Assembly (NCBI GenBank): GCA_963677925.2
Contig: CAXXYH010000003.1
Coordinates: forward strand, 704,001 to 768,000
DNA length: 64,000 bases
DNA from: Spirochaetia bacterium
GTDB taxonomy: Bacteria; Spirochaetota; Spirochaetia; UBA9216
Reading direction: 5' to 3'
Below, in pieces: positions 19,043 through 28,382 of this stretch. A program made the translations under genes and the position numbers. The notes under the pieces are model-generated. The model was not told the origin of the DNA, made no database searches, and saw only the letters and a list, made by a program, of their open reading frames with translations. Positions within the stretch are counted from its first letter, which is position 1. The number at the start of each line of letters is the position of its first letter.

Positions 19043-19788
19043 TGGATCTCCGGTATTGCAGAAACCAGCAGTGAGGTCATCTTTTCGACGTTTCCGGAAA
19101 AAACGGAAAGAATATCTTCCCAGCTCACAGGGGCCTCATCTTCTTTCCAGCAGTCATAATCAGTACTCATTGCTACAGCAGCATAGGGAATACCTGCTTC
19201 ATTAGCCAGAATAGCCTCAGGAGCAATTGACATATTGATAACATCAGCACCCCATATCCTGAACATCATAGATTCGGCTCTGGTTGAAAAACGCGGTCCC
19301 TCAATCGTAATAACCGTTCCTGTTTTATGATAATTCAAGCCCGCGGATTCTGCCTGACGGATAAGAACCTGCCGTATATCTTCAGAAAAAGGGTCAGCCA
19401 TACCGGTATGAACAGCTTTGCCTGAATCGAAGCTTTCATAAAATGAAACCGGCCTGTGCCTTGTGAAATCTATAAACTGATCAAGAATTACAAAATCTCC
19501 GCGGCATATTTCTTCTCTGAGCGAGCCGACTGCGGTAGTGGCTACAATATGTGTACATCCGGCTTCTTTGAGAGCCATAATATTAGCGCGGTAATTTACC
19601 TGTGTCGGCGGTATTGTATGTTCCCGGCCGTGCCTTGCTATAAGTACGACCTCTGTATTTCCAATTGTTCCTGTTTTCAGCATTGATGAAGGAAGGCCGT
19701 ACAATGTTGTTACTTCTGTATCTTTCGGGTTTAGCAGTATTTCAGGATTATCAAGTCCGCTCCCTCCGATTATACCTATTTTAGTCAT
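19039..19788 (-). CDS. mtnP: S-methyl-5'-thioadenosine phosphorylase
   Basis: 'IGIIGGSGL', 'ARHGREH.IPP..VNYRAN', 'IEGPRFSTRAES', 'TDYDCW'. Confidence 0.9.
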   Translation of the reverse strand: MTKIGIIGGSGLDNPEILLNPKDTEVTTLYGLPSSMLKTGTIGNTEVVLIARHGREHTIPPTQVNYRANIMALKEAGCTHIVATTAVGSLREEICRGDFVILDQFIDFTRHRPVSFYESFDSGKAVHTGMADPFSEDIRQVLIRQAESAGLNYHKTGTVITIEGPRFSTRAESMMFRIWGADVINMSIAPEAILANEAGIPYAAVAMSTDYDCWKEDEAPVSWEDILSVFSGNVEKMTSLLVSAIPEIH

Positions 19789-20921
19789 TTCTTCACCTTC
19801 TCTTCTTTAATAACAGTTTCGAGTTTCTTTATTTCATCTTCGGCTTTCTTAATCTGATCTTTCAGCTTGCCGGTTTCATCACTGAAACTCTGAATTTTCT
19901 CTTCATATCCGTATATTTTTTTATTGAGGTTCTGAATTTCCTTATTCTGTTTTTCAATCTCAGCTTCAGCCTTCAGTTTTTCAATCTCAGCATTAAAAAC
20001 TGTAATCTCAGAGTTTGCATCATTTATCTGCGAGAAGATGTCTTTTATTTTTTCGGTATCAGAGAGCGGATCTTTCTGATTGTTATACAACAGTTCCCCG
20101 ACACTAACAAGAAGCTCATCTCTTTCAGTATTGTATTCAGCAATCAGCTGCTCAAGGTCAGCTATAGTTTTCTTCAGATTATCTCCCGCACCAAGCCCCT
20201 CAAGACTGCCTCTCAGTTCTTCTTTTTCAAGATGTAGCTGCTGATCTTCTTTCTCAAGTTTTTCCATACCATCAAGATTATCACGAAACGGCTGCACAGC
20301 ATTCTTTACAGAATCAGCCTCAAGATTCATGATCAGCTCTGAATTACAAATCTGTTCCCCTGCTTTTCGATAATGTTTTGAAAGCATCCTGTAATGGGAT
20401 GAAATTGAACTCTTATTACTTATTTTTCTGGCTGTGAGCTGAACCTTGCGCAGCAGTTTTTCACGCCCGAGAGCCGCCTCTATATCGCTCTGGTCATCTT
20501 CAAGATGTTTAATCCTCTCTTTACTTCCGATAATATCGGTGAATATCTGTTCATAATTCTCAAGAGGCAGACTTCCCTGACGGAAAGCCTCAAAACTGGC
20601 TCTACCGATTGTTTCATAATTTGAAATATTGTCTTTTTCAAGCAGACGAATCTGCTGTTTAAGACTTTTACGAATTTCTTCGATTTCATCACTTCTTTTG
20701 GCAGTTTTTATAATATTATCTTTTCTGGACAATTCGGCCGCTATCAGCTGATCCAGCTTACTTATTCCGGCCATATATGTAGATGCGCTTGAATCATCAG
20801 AGGAATTTTTGAATTCAGCGTATGCAATGGAACCGGAATCAAGATATAGCTGACGAATAAGGTCTCCGGTTTTTTCTATACTTTTCTCAAAATCTTTAAT
20901 CTGACGCTCTTTATTTTCCAT
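19785..20921 (-). CDS. Coiled-coil hypothetical protein
   Basis: 378-aa ORF, E/K-rich heptad pattern, overlaps the mtnP start. Confidence 0.7.
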   Translation of the reverse strand: MENKERQIKDFEKSIEKTGDLIRQLYLDSGSIAYAEFKNSSDDSSASTYMAGISKLDQLIAAELSRKDNIIKTAKRSDEIEEIRKSLKQQIRLLEKDNISNYETIGRASFEAFRQGSLPLENYEQIFTDIIGSKERIKHLEDDQSDIEAALGREKLLRKVQLTARKISNKSSISSHYRMLSKHYRKAGEQICNSELIMNLEADSVKNAVQPFRDNLDGMEKLEKEDQQLHLEKEELRGSLEGLGAGDNLKKTIADLEQLIAEYNTERDELLVSVGELLYNNQKDPLSDTEKIKDIFSQINDANSEITVFNAEIEKLKAEAEIEKQNKEIQNLNKKIYGYEEKIQSFSDETGKLKDQIKKAEDEIKKLETVIKEEKVKK

Positions 20922-20972
20922 AGATTATACTTTAGATCCTGTTTGTATTTTTATCAATAACTGTTCCGAATT

Positions 20973-22184
20973 TCATTCTGAAAGAGTGAAATAAAACAGC
21001 GAACCTTTATTTTTTTCAGACTTGACCAAAAGCTCACCGCCCAGATTCTCAACCAGACTTCGGGAAATTGTCAGTCCAAGTCCGGTACCACCGTACTTTC
21101 TGGTAAGCGATTCATCCTCCTGTCTAAATCTTTCAAAGATAGTTTCTAATTTGGCTTCTTCAATTCCAACACCCGTATCTTTAACGAAAAAATTATAAAC
21201 TCCGTCGGCTTTATGATAACCAAACTCAACATATCCGGATTCTGTAAATTTAACTGCATTACTGATTAGATTATTCAGAATCTGTCTAAGTCGTGTACCG
21301 TCGGTATCAATTTTATTAGACAAATCGGGAGAATCCTTAACAAGTTTAATCTTAATAGATTTTCTGTCATCAAGTTCAATTATGGATGAGAAATTGGTAA
21401 ATACTTCCTCCATAATTTCATCAAGATCAAATTCTTCAAAAAAGATATCAAGTTGACCGCTTTCTATTCTGGCGAAATCTATAATATCAGAAATAAGCCG
21501 TAAAAGCTGTTCCGAATTTGATGAGATTATTGCGCTGAACAGTTCTCTTTTCTCTAATGGAAGTTCCTCCTCTGCAAGTAATTTTGAAAAGCCGACAATG
21601 CCATTCAACGGTGTTCTTATCTCATGACTCATATTTGCAAGAAATGCAGATTTAAGCCTGTCACTCTCTTCAGCTTTTATTCTCGCTTCCTTCAGTTCTT
21701 CAGCGTATAATTTTACCTGATCAATATCGGTATGTGTCCCGATTACTCTGGATGGCTTACCCAGCGAATCCCATTCAATACATTGGCCCCGGCTTAGAAT
21801 CCATTTATAGCCGCCATCATTAGTTTTCATTCTCATTTCATACTTAAATGGCTCGCCAGTTCTGCAATACTCCTGAAATAAGGAGTCAATAGTCTCCCTT
21901 TCATCCGGGTGAATCAGACTTTTCCAGGATTCAGGGTCTGAGCCGAACAAATCGGACTGATAACCAAGCATTTCATACCATCGAGGACTGTAATACGCCT
22001 TGTTTTTTCCTATTTCAAGCTCCCAGAGCCCGTCACGTGTAGCTTTTAAAGTAAGATCAAGTTTTTCTATCTTGTTTTTAATATCAATGGCTGATATACG
22101 GGACACTCTGCATCTATATTTAAAATACAGTACCAGGAAAATGAGAACAAGATTTAAAAATAACGAAAGGCTAAAGACAGTCAT
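20973..22184 (-). CDS. PAS-domain sensor histidine kinase
   Basis: N-terminal TM, PAS/PAC 'IHPDE...YKWILSRG', H-box 'FLANMSHEIRTPLN', 'NAVKFT', 'DTGVG', 'GGTGLGL'. Confidence 0.93.
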   Translation of the reverse strand: MTVFSLSLFLNLVLIFLVLYFKYRCRVSRISAIDIKNKIEKLDLTLKATRDGLWELEIGKNKAYYSPRWYEMLGYQSDLFGSDPESWKSLIHPDERETIDSLFQEYCRTGEPFKYEMRMKTNDGGYKWILSRGQCIEWDSLGKPSRVIGTHTDIDQVKLYAEELKEARIKAEESDRLKSAFLANMSHEIRTPLNGIVGFSKLLAEEELPLEKRELFSAIISSNSEQLLRLISDIIDFARIESGQLDIFFEEFDLDEIMEEVFTNFSSIIELDDRKSIKIKLVKDSPDLSNKIDTDGTRLRQILNNLISNAVKFTESGYVEFGYHKADGVYNFFVKDTGVGIEEAKLETIFERFRQEDESLTRKYGGTGLGLTISRSLVENLGGELLVKSEKNKGSLFYFTLSE

Positions 22185-22293
22185 TACACATAATATCCCT
22201 GTATGTATTAAATATTAATTGCTATTTGTTATATTCGCAATATTTTTCTTAATAATATTGAATTTGTTATATATATTAGTTATCATTACTACA

Positions 22294-22659
22294 ATGACAG
22301 AGATTACAGATATTCAGGCAGAATCCATTATCAATAACAAAGAAATCCCGGATGAAATAGTCAATTCATCAGAAAAGGTTGCGGTGATATTAACTCAGGA
22401 CTGGTGCCCTCAATGGAAGTTTATGGAAACTTTTCTGAAAAAGATACCTGAAGATGAAGTGAAAATTTATTTTCTCAGCTACAACAGGAAGCCTTACTTC
22501 AGAGAATTTATGTTTGTAAAAGAGACTACCTGGAATAATCATCAGGTTCCCTTTATTTTATATTTTAATAAAGGACAGCTGATCGACAGCAGTAATTATT
22601 GCGGGCACAAAACCTTCAATTCTTACTTTGAACAATCCGAGCTGGTTACTGAAAGCTGA
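22294..22659 (+). CDS. Thioredoxin-fold protein with single Cys (WCPQW)
   Basis: 'VAVILTQDWCPQW' and cis-Pro-like 'QVPFILYFNKG'. Probable ATG at 22294. Confidence 0.65.
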   Translation: MTEITDIQAESIINNKEIPDEIVNSSEKVAVILTQDWCPQWKFMETFLKKIPEDEVKIYFLSYNRKPYFREFMFVKETTWNNHQVPFILYFNKGQLIDSSNYCGHKTFNSYFEQSELVTES

Positions 22660-22660
22660 C

Positions 22661-24301
22661 TCAGAAAAGACGTGATTCAGCATCTGAAACGATATTTTCG
22701 GGATAGCCAAGATATCTGAGCAGACTAACAGCATTACCGTTACCTGCTCTTCCATCTCTTATTTTATAATCAAAATGCAGTCCGCCATCCTCAATTCTAT
22801 AGGTAAAGTACTTTAAACTCATGATCGATTTGAATTCTTCTACAATTGAAAGATCGTGTGTAGCTGAAACAGTCAGCGCATTCATGCTGCAGATTCCTCT
22901 CAGGATAGCTGCTACAGCAGCTTCGCGCTCTTCAGTGTTTGTACCGGAAAGAAGTTCATCGAAGAGACATAAAACCGCAGTTTTTGACTCTGAAGCGGTA
23001 TTTAATATTTCTCCGATTCTTTGAGCCTCAGCAAAATAGAGGCTTTCTCCATCCTGCGTGCTGTCCTTTTTGTCAATTGAGGATTTTACTATAAAAAGGC
23101 CTGATTCCCAGGAATCTGCAAAACAGAATCCAAGACTCTGGGCACATACCGCATTCAAACCTACTGTGCGTAAAAAGGTGGATTTTCCGGCCATATTTGC
23201 ACCGGTAAGCAGTATTCCCGGTTTTTCTATCAGAATGCTGTTTCCGACAGCTTCAGGTATTACAGGCATATACAGGTTTTCAGCGTTTATATTCCTGCTC
23301 TGATCTTTAAGAACCGGAGTACATATTGCCAGTCCGGCTTGCTCAAAACCCTTTCTGGCAGAAGCCAGTGAAATAAGAAAATCGATTCTCCCGCAGAGCA
23401 GATACAACTTGTACACTGAATCCCGGTTTTCACTGATACTGTCGAGAGATTTATAAAAACTTACTGCACTCAGATGAAAGAAGATATCCAGATACATCCA
23501 TAGCGACGCCGATATATTTTCCGGTGAAGAAAATGACTGTCCGAGGAATTTTGAAGATTTCTGAAGCGGTTCAAGGACTTTTAGAACAGAACTTATCTCA
23601 TCAGCAATTTTATTAATACCAGTATTTTCAGGAAAATTATTTTTTTGTAAAAGTTTTAAAATTGTTTTCGAATTCCGGATGAAAATCATTAAGGCACCAA
23701 GGGCAGGCACAGTCCCCTCAGTAAACCTGGCAATTCTGCCGTATACAAACATATTAACGACAAACATACAGATTACAGCCAGCAGCCCCCTGCCGCTAGG
23801 GATAAGCAGAATTGATAGAATGGAAATGACCGATAGAACACGTAAAATTATGCAAAGCCGGTAATAAAAAACAGGCAGATTTATTGTTTTTATAAGTCTG
23901 AGGATATCCAGGAATTTGTGTTCTCTCATCGATGAGAAGATCTTCGAAAGACTATTCCGAATACTGCTGTTATGATGAAAAAACTCTGCAGCTCTATTCT
24001 TCAGAATTACCGAGGCTGATTCAAGCTCCGGCTTTTTAAGGGAACGATACAGATAATAAAAACCTGGAGCACTTTGCGCATAATTAATGAGCTTAAAACA
24101 ATCCGATAATTCCAGATCATTCCATGTCTGAGCATCGATAAGAGGAGAATATTCTTCAAGACCGATTGACTGGATTTCTTTGTAAAGATTTTCGAGCATT
24201 TCAAGAGACAAGCCGTAGGGCATTTCTGTTCTGGTGCCGTAGTAATCACTGTCTAACGGCTTTTTTCTTCTAAATGAAAAGTAGTTATTTTTAAAATACA
24301 T
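22661..24301 (-). CDS. Membrane-associated MutS-related ATPase (MutS domain V only)
   Basis: 'LLTGANMAGKSTFLRTVG', 'GESLYFAE', 'DELLSGTNTEER', 'ATHD'; hydrophobic hairpin in the N-terminal half. Confidence 0.85.
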   Translation of the reverse strand: MYFKNNYFSFRRKKPLDSDYYGTRTEMPYGLSLEMLENLYKEIQSIGLEEYSPLIDAQTWNDLELSDCFKLINYAQSAPGFYYLYRSLKKPELESASVILKNRAAEFFHHNSSIRNSLSKIFSSMREHKFLDILRLIKTINLPVFYYRLCIILRVLSVISILSILLIPSGRGLLAVICMFVVNMFVYGRIARFTEGTVPALGALMIFIRNSKTILKLLQKNNFPENTGINKIADEISSVLKVLEPLQKSSKFLGQSFSSPENISASLWMYLDIFFHLSAVSFYKSLDSISENRDSVYKLYLLCGRIDFLISLASARKGFEQAGLAICTPVLKDQSRNINAENLYMPVIPEAVGNSILIEKPGILLTGANMAGKSTFLRTVGLNAVCAQSLGFCFADSWESGLFIVKSSIDKKDSTQDGESLYFAEAQRIGEILNTASESKTAVLCLFDELLSGTNTEEREAAVAAILRGICSMNALTVSATHDLSIVEEFKSIMSLKYFTYRIEDGGLHFDYKIRDGRAGNGNAVSLLRYLGYPENIVSDAESRLF

Positions 24302-24323
24302 TTTTAAATTCTCCGCTGATTAG

Positions 24324-25826
24324 CTATTGAAGCCCTTTCAGCATGGCGGATCCTGTGTCATTTATATACGCTGCGTACAGAATTGAAGTTCCTGCCGGAG
24401 TAAGATTGAATCCGGAATATGAACCAGCATCGGAAATAAACTCCGCACTGCCTCTCGCGGCATTCTGCCAGCCCTCATCCTCATCGAAATATTTAATCCA
24501 GGCAGCATCAGAACCGTCAACATAGAATACATACAGATATCCGTTATACCAGGCAGAGGCAAGAGTTCCTGTGTAAGCAGTGTTCGCGTCGGTTATGGAG
24601 GCATAAGCAGTCCAGCTGCTGTCCTCGTATTTCCTGACAACCAGCATATTTCCGCTGGTGACGTATACAGCATAGATTATTCCGCTGCCTGAAACAAAGA
24701 CAGCGAGACTGCTGCCCACTGTATCGGTGGAAACAGTGACGGAATCCTGAAGAACATCGGTATTGGTGTTGATTTCGTTCGTGTAGAGACCTCCGGCAGA
24801 AACTGTGTAGCCTACATACAAAGAACCGTTATTGGTAAACAGCTGGGTGAAATCGGAAACAGCTATAGGCAGCGGGCCTATATCCGGAACAGAGGCTCCG
24901 TCTGAATACACAATAATTTCATCTGGCGTAGTATCAGTAACAGCGTCAAGGTTAACTGCAGAAGTATAAAACTTGGTAGTAAATGTTCCCGAACTGACTG
25001 AACTTACATGATCAAGTAAATTATCAGCCAATTCCATGTTCAGAGAAGATTTCCACGAGTCTGAATCTGAATCATAATATTTTAAATTAAGGGTACCATC
25101 ATCAGCAGCAGTACCTATACTTAAATCAGAATCAAATGAATATGCAACATACAGGTCACCGGAATAGAAGGCTGAAACAGGATTGATTTTCGATGCAGTA
25201 ATACTTCCAGGACTTCCGGAAAGCGACGTCCATACCTTAGGGGGATTATCTTCTTCGGAGTCTTCCTCATCGGCATACTGCTTGACAGATATCGCACCGC
25301 TGGCAGCCGCTGTTACCGCGTACAGGACACCGCCTGAATAAACAAGATCAAGACTCACAGCATCATTTGTAATTTCCGAGTCTGTACTTGAAACACTGCT
25401 CCAGCTTCCGCTGTAGGTTGAAGCCTCAACAGCATCGCTCATTGCACTCTCGACCACCGTATCAGTAGCAGCCGCTGCGGTTACCCTGTAAGCGAATGTA
25501 CCGCCCTCGCCTTCCTCAAAGCTTTCAATATAGCTGAAACGGGTTTCCGAGCTTTCTTCATCTATGTAGCTGGTTACTGAAAACCCTGCATAGTCATAAT
25601 CCGACTCTGCAGAGTCAATAGAAGGTGCACGGTATACATAGTATATACCTGCATCCTCAACAGGCTGCCAGCTGATCTGTGTTCTATTGGGGTAATCGGG
25701 ATCCCCTTCCTCTGCAGCGAGATCTGCTGGGGCAGCAAGGCCGCTGACTCCGCAGCCGGAGAACAAAGCGATTATAATAATTATGAAAGGTATCAGCAGC
25801 ACAATGGATATATATTTTTTATTCAT
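24324..25826 (-). CDS. Acidic surface lipoprotein (FN3-like N-domain plus beta-rich/propeller-like region)
   Basis: Signal peptide ending 'LFSGC'; 'ISWQPV..AGIYYVYR...YRVTA' FN3 pattern. Confidence 0.7.
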   Translation of the reverse strand: MNKKYISIVLLIPFIIIIIALFSGCGVSGLAAPADLAAEEGDPDYPNRTQISWQPVEDAGIYYVYRAPSIDSAESDYDYAGFSVTSYIDEESSETRFSYIESFEEGEGGTFAYRVTAAAATDTVVESAMSDAVEASTYSGSWSSVSSTDSEITNDAVSLDLVYSGGVLYAVTAAASGAISVKQYADEEDSEEDNPPKVWTSLSGSPGSITASKINPVSAFYSGDLYVAYSFDSDLSIGTAADDGTLNLKYYDSDSDSWKSSLNMELADNLLDHVSSVSSGTFTTKFYTSAVNLDAVTDTTPDEIIVYSDGASVPDIGPLPIAVSDFTQLFTNNGSLYVGYTVSAGGLYTNEINTNTDVLQDSVTVSTDTVGSSLAVFVSGSGIIYAVYVTSGNMLVVRKYEDSSWTAYASITDANTAYTGTLASAWYNGYLYVFYVDGSDAAWIKYFDEDEGWQNAARGSAEFISDAGSYSGFNLTPAGTSILYAAYINDTGSAMLKGLQ

Positions 25827-27616
25827 CAGAAACTGCCTCCTCCGATTGAAAACTCAAGTGTAAAACTCATGGTCGGCCCCTTCCAGTCATCACTGTTTCC
25901 GGATATTAGAGCTGCCGGATTGGTGTACTCATCACCTTCTTCTCCGAAGGTCATCCTCATCCCTGCCGAAGCAGATAAATAGTCCATAAAACTGTAGGAT
26001 ACAGTAGGTATAATCATTCCGGAAAGATCGGAAAGATTAGCAATACCAAGTGTTGAAAAACTGAGGTCGCTTCCTCCGATAGAGCTGTAGGAAACAGCCA
26101 GTCCGAGATAGTGTTTACCGAAATTTGTCAAATCATCAGTTCCAAGTGCAGGCGGATCTTCATAGCCCTCCGGCTGTTCATCCGCATCCAGGGCAAGACC
26201 GTTATCTCCGGAATTCAATGCAAGATGGTAGGCAGCTTCAAGAAGTCCGTCTTCATAACTGTGGCCTTCACTGTTATAGTAATACTGTCCAGTTACCATA
26301 AAAGTCCCGTTATCGCCTTCAAACTCATGCATATAGCTTGTACCGATTGTACCTGAAAGAAAAAATCCGCTGTCGACGGTATATGTGTCGAGAACTATAT
26401 CAAGATCATCCTCTTCATCTTCCTCAGCAGCGCTCTGATCCTTGGATTTTCTTACAAAAACCCTGTCCGACCCCCAGCTTGCCAGGCCCTCACCGAAGAC
26501 TGCAAAATCTCCGATAGTAGTGGAAACTGTCGCCACAGCACGCGGAGCGAGATCCCGCTGATAATATCCGCCGATTCCAATTTCGGTATTACCGACTACA
26601 AACTCATATTTAGGTGCAATAGCCGTATCAAGAGGTTCTTCAACATTTTCGGTTATCAGATATAAGTAAAGGTTATTGATATCTATTGGATAATGAATCT
26701 TCAGAGAAACCGGACCTTCAAGCTCGGCAGTCGGATCTTCAACATCAATCGATGTAAGATTCAGTACATCGGTGGGACTCCAGAAATAGCCGACGCCCCA
26801 TTTAATCGTACTTTTACCAAAACGGAAGTAGACTCTGTTATCCCAGTCAAAATCGGCAAATAATTCCTTAACACTTATATTTAATTCGGTACTGGTATCG
26901 GATGCTACATCTTCCTGGGTGATTGTTGTCTGGTTTGGATCCGATTCGTCCACATCCTCTGAATCAACTATCTGAAAAGTGGTGTTGCCGTCTTCATCGG
27001 TGACTTGTTCAAAAGTAAGTCCGTCATCCGGGATTATTGATGCAACAGTGTTGCTGTCTCCGCTTGCAGAAGTGAAGCCCAGCTTTCCGAAAACACGATA
27101 ATGTGTATCGGGTCGGGCATCAAAAAATAAATCGGCTGAAACAGATGGAGAGAGAGTCATTTCAGGGTTGCTTATGTCGAATGCAGGGTCCCAGAGGTAA
27201 TCGTAACTGAAACCGTTCGAAAGTGAACCGGAAAAAGAGCCTCCAAACTCAACGCCTTCCGATTTTAGAAACTCCTCAAAACTGCCGGTATCTTCCGATG
27301 CAGCTTCCTCATCGACAACTTCAATCATGGAGTCTGTATCAAACATGGAATCGAAATCATTTAAATCAGAATCCGGCAGTTCTTCATCCTCATCAGCCTC
27401 AGCAAACGGGTCATCGATTACTGCTGAAAGGTCATCATCCTCATCTGCGAATGGGTCGTCCACAATACTGAACATGTCATCCTCTTCACCAAAGGGATCA
27501 TCAATGACAGAAAGAATATCTTCATCAGCTTCCTGCGCAATGACAGTATTGACCGGCAGTAGCAGCAGAAGGAATATAAATAATCCGGCAGCCGGCCATA
27601 TTCCTGATTTTTTCAT
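25826..27616 (-). CDS. Secreted protein, probable outer-membrane beta-barrel with acidic repetitive N-terminus
   Basis: Signal peptide, 'FRFGKSTIKWGVGYFWSPTD', alternating beta strands, C-terminal Phe. Confidence 0.7.
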   Translation of the reverse strand: MKKSGIWPAAGLFIFLLLLLPVNTVIAQEADEDILSVIDDPFGEEDDMFSIVDDPFADEDDDLSAVIDDPFAEADEDEELPDSDLNDFDSMFDTDSMIEVVDEEAASEDTGSFEEFLKSEGVEFGGSFSGSLSNGFSYDYLWDPAFDISNPEMTLSPSVSADLFFDARPDTHYRVFGKLGFTSASGDSNTVASIIPDDGLTFEQVTDEDGNTTFQIVDSEDVDESDPNQTTITQEDVASDTSTELNISVKELFADFDWDNRVYFRFGKSTIKWGVGYFWSPTDVLNLTSIDVEDPTAELEGPVSLKIHYPIDINNLYLYLITENVEEPLDTAIAPKYEFVVGNTEIGIGGYYQRDLAPRAVATVSTTIGDFAVFGEGLASWGSDRVFVRKSKDQSAAEEDEEDDLDIVLDTYTVDSGFFLSGTIGTSYMHEFEGDNGTFMVTGQYYYNSEGHSYEDGLLEAAYHLALNSGDNGLALDADEQPEGYEDPPALGTDDLTNFGKHYLGLAVSYSSIGGSDLSFSTLGIANLSDLSGMIIPTVSYSFMDYLSASAGMRMTFGEEGDEYTNPAALISGNSDDWKGPTMSFTLEFSIGGGSF

Positions 27617-27617
27617 G

Positions 27618-28367
27618 TCAATTATTAACCCTTTCGATATAGGCTTTTGTAAATACAGAATCCGGAAGAGCGGCAGTTGAGGGATTTTTCATGGTCAGCT
27701 GGGTTCTCTCCCCTTCCTGAAGCTCATCAACAATCAGAATCTGGGCAGGGACAAACTTGGCGCCGACCTGAACATATTTTGGATAATATGAAGTTCTCAT
27801 AAGACGTCCCGACAGACTGTAATCTTCTTCTTTAAGGACAATAGTCTGATCAGTTCTAACCCATAATTTAATATTGGGATATGAAACCTCATTGTTCTTT
27901 GCCTTCAGATTGAGAATATAGGTTTCAAAATTTCCGAGTTTTCCGGTCTCCCAGAACTCAACGGTATAGTCTTCGGCAAGAGAAAGTCCGTCAATATCGG
28001 AGTTCTTGGCTTCCGAGTTCTGAATATTTTCTTTTAAGGATGAATGAGTAAATTTGCGGCTTTCCGGATCGTAGAACCAGACGTTTTCATCCACTTTAAG
28101 GTATCCCTGCCCTTTCTGAACTTCAGGCTTCAGAATGAGCATAACAAACTGCTCATTTGCATCACGTCTGAACATTCTGGCCTGGGTGACCTCAGTCTCT
28201 TCTCCCGGTTTTTCTGATACGAAAGTATATACGCATGAAAAATCGGTATCTTCAAAACTTCCCAGCTGGTCAATTTCTTTAAGCATTGCATTAAAATCAG
28301 GTTCAGCATAAAGACTGAATAAGGTAAATGCCGAAAGCAGTATCATTACAAAAGTTTTTCTGTTCAT
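27618..28367 (-). CDS. LolA-like outer-membrane lipoprotein-sorting protein
   Basis: Signal peptide; 'ILKPEVQKGQGYLKVDENVWFYDP', 'SLSGRLMRT', 'LPDSVFTKAYIE'. Confidence 0.8.
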   Translation of the reverse strand: MNRKTFVMILLSAFTLFSLYAEPDFNAMLKEIDQLGSFEDTDFSCVYTFVSEKPGEETEVTQARMFRRDANEQFVMLILKPEVQKGQGYLKVDENVWFYDPESRKFTHSSLKENIQNSEAKNSDIDGLSLAEDYTVEFWETGKLGNFETYILNLKAKNNEVSYPNIKLWVRTDQTIVLKEEDYSLSGRLMRTSYYPKYVQVGAKFVPAQILIVDELQEGERTQLTMKNPSTAALPDSVFTKAYIERVNN

Positions 28368-28382
28368 ATTATCATCCTGTTA

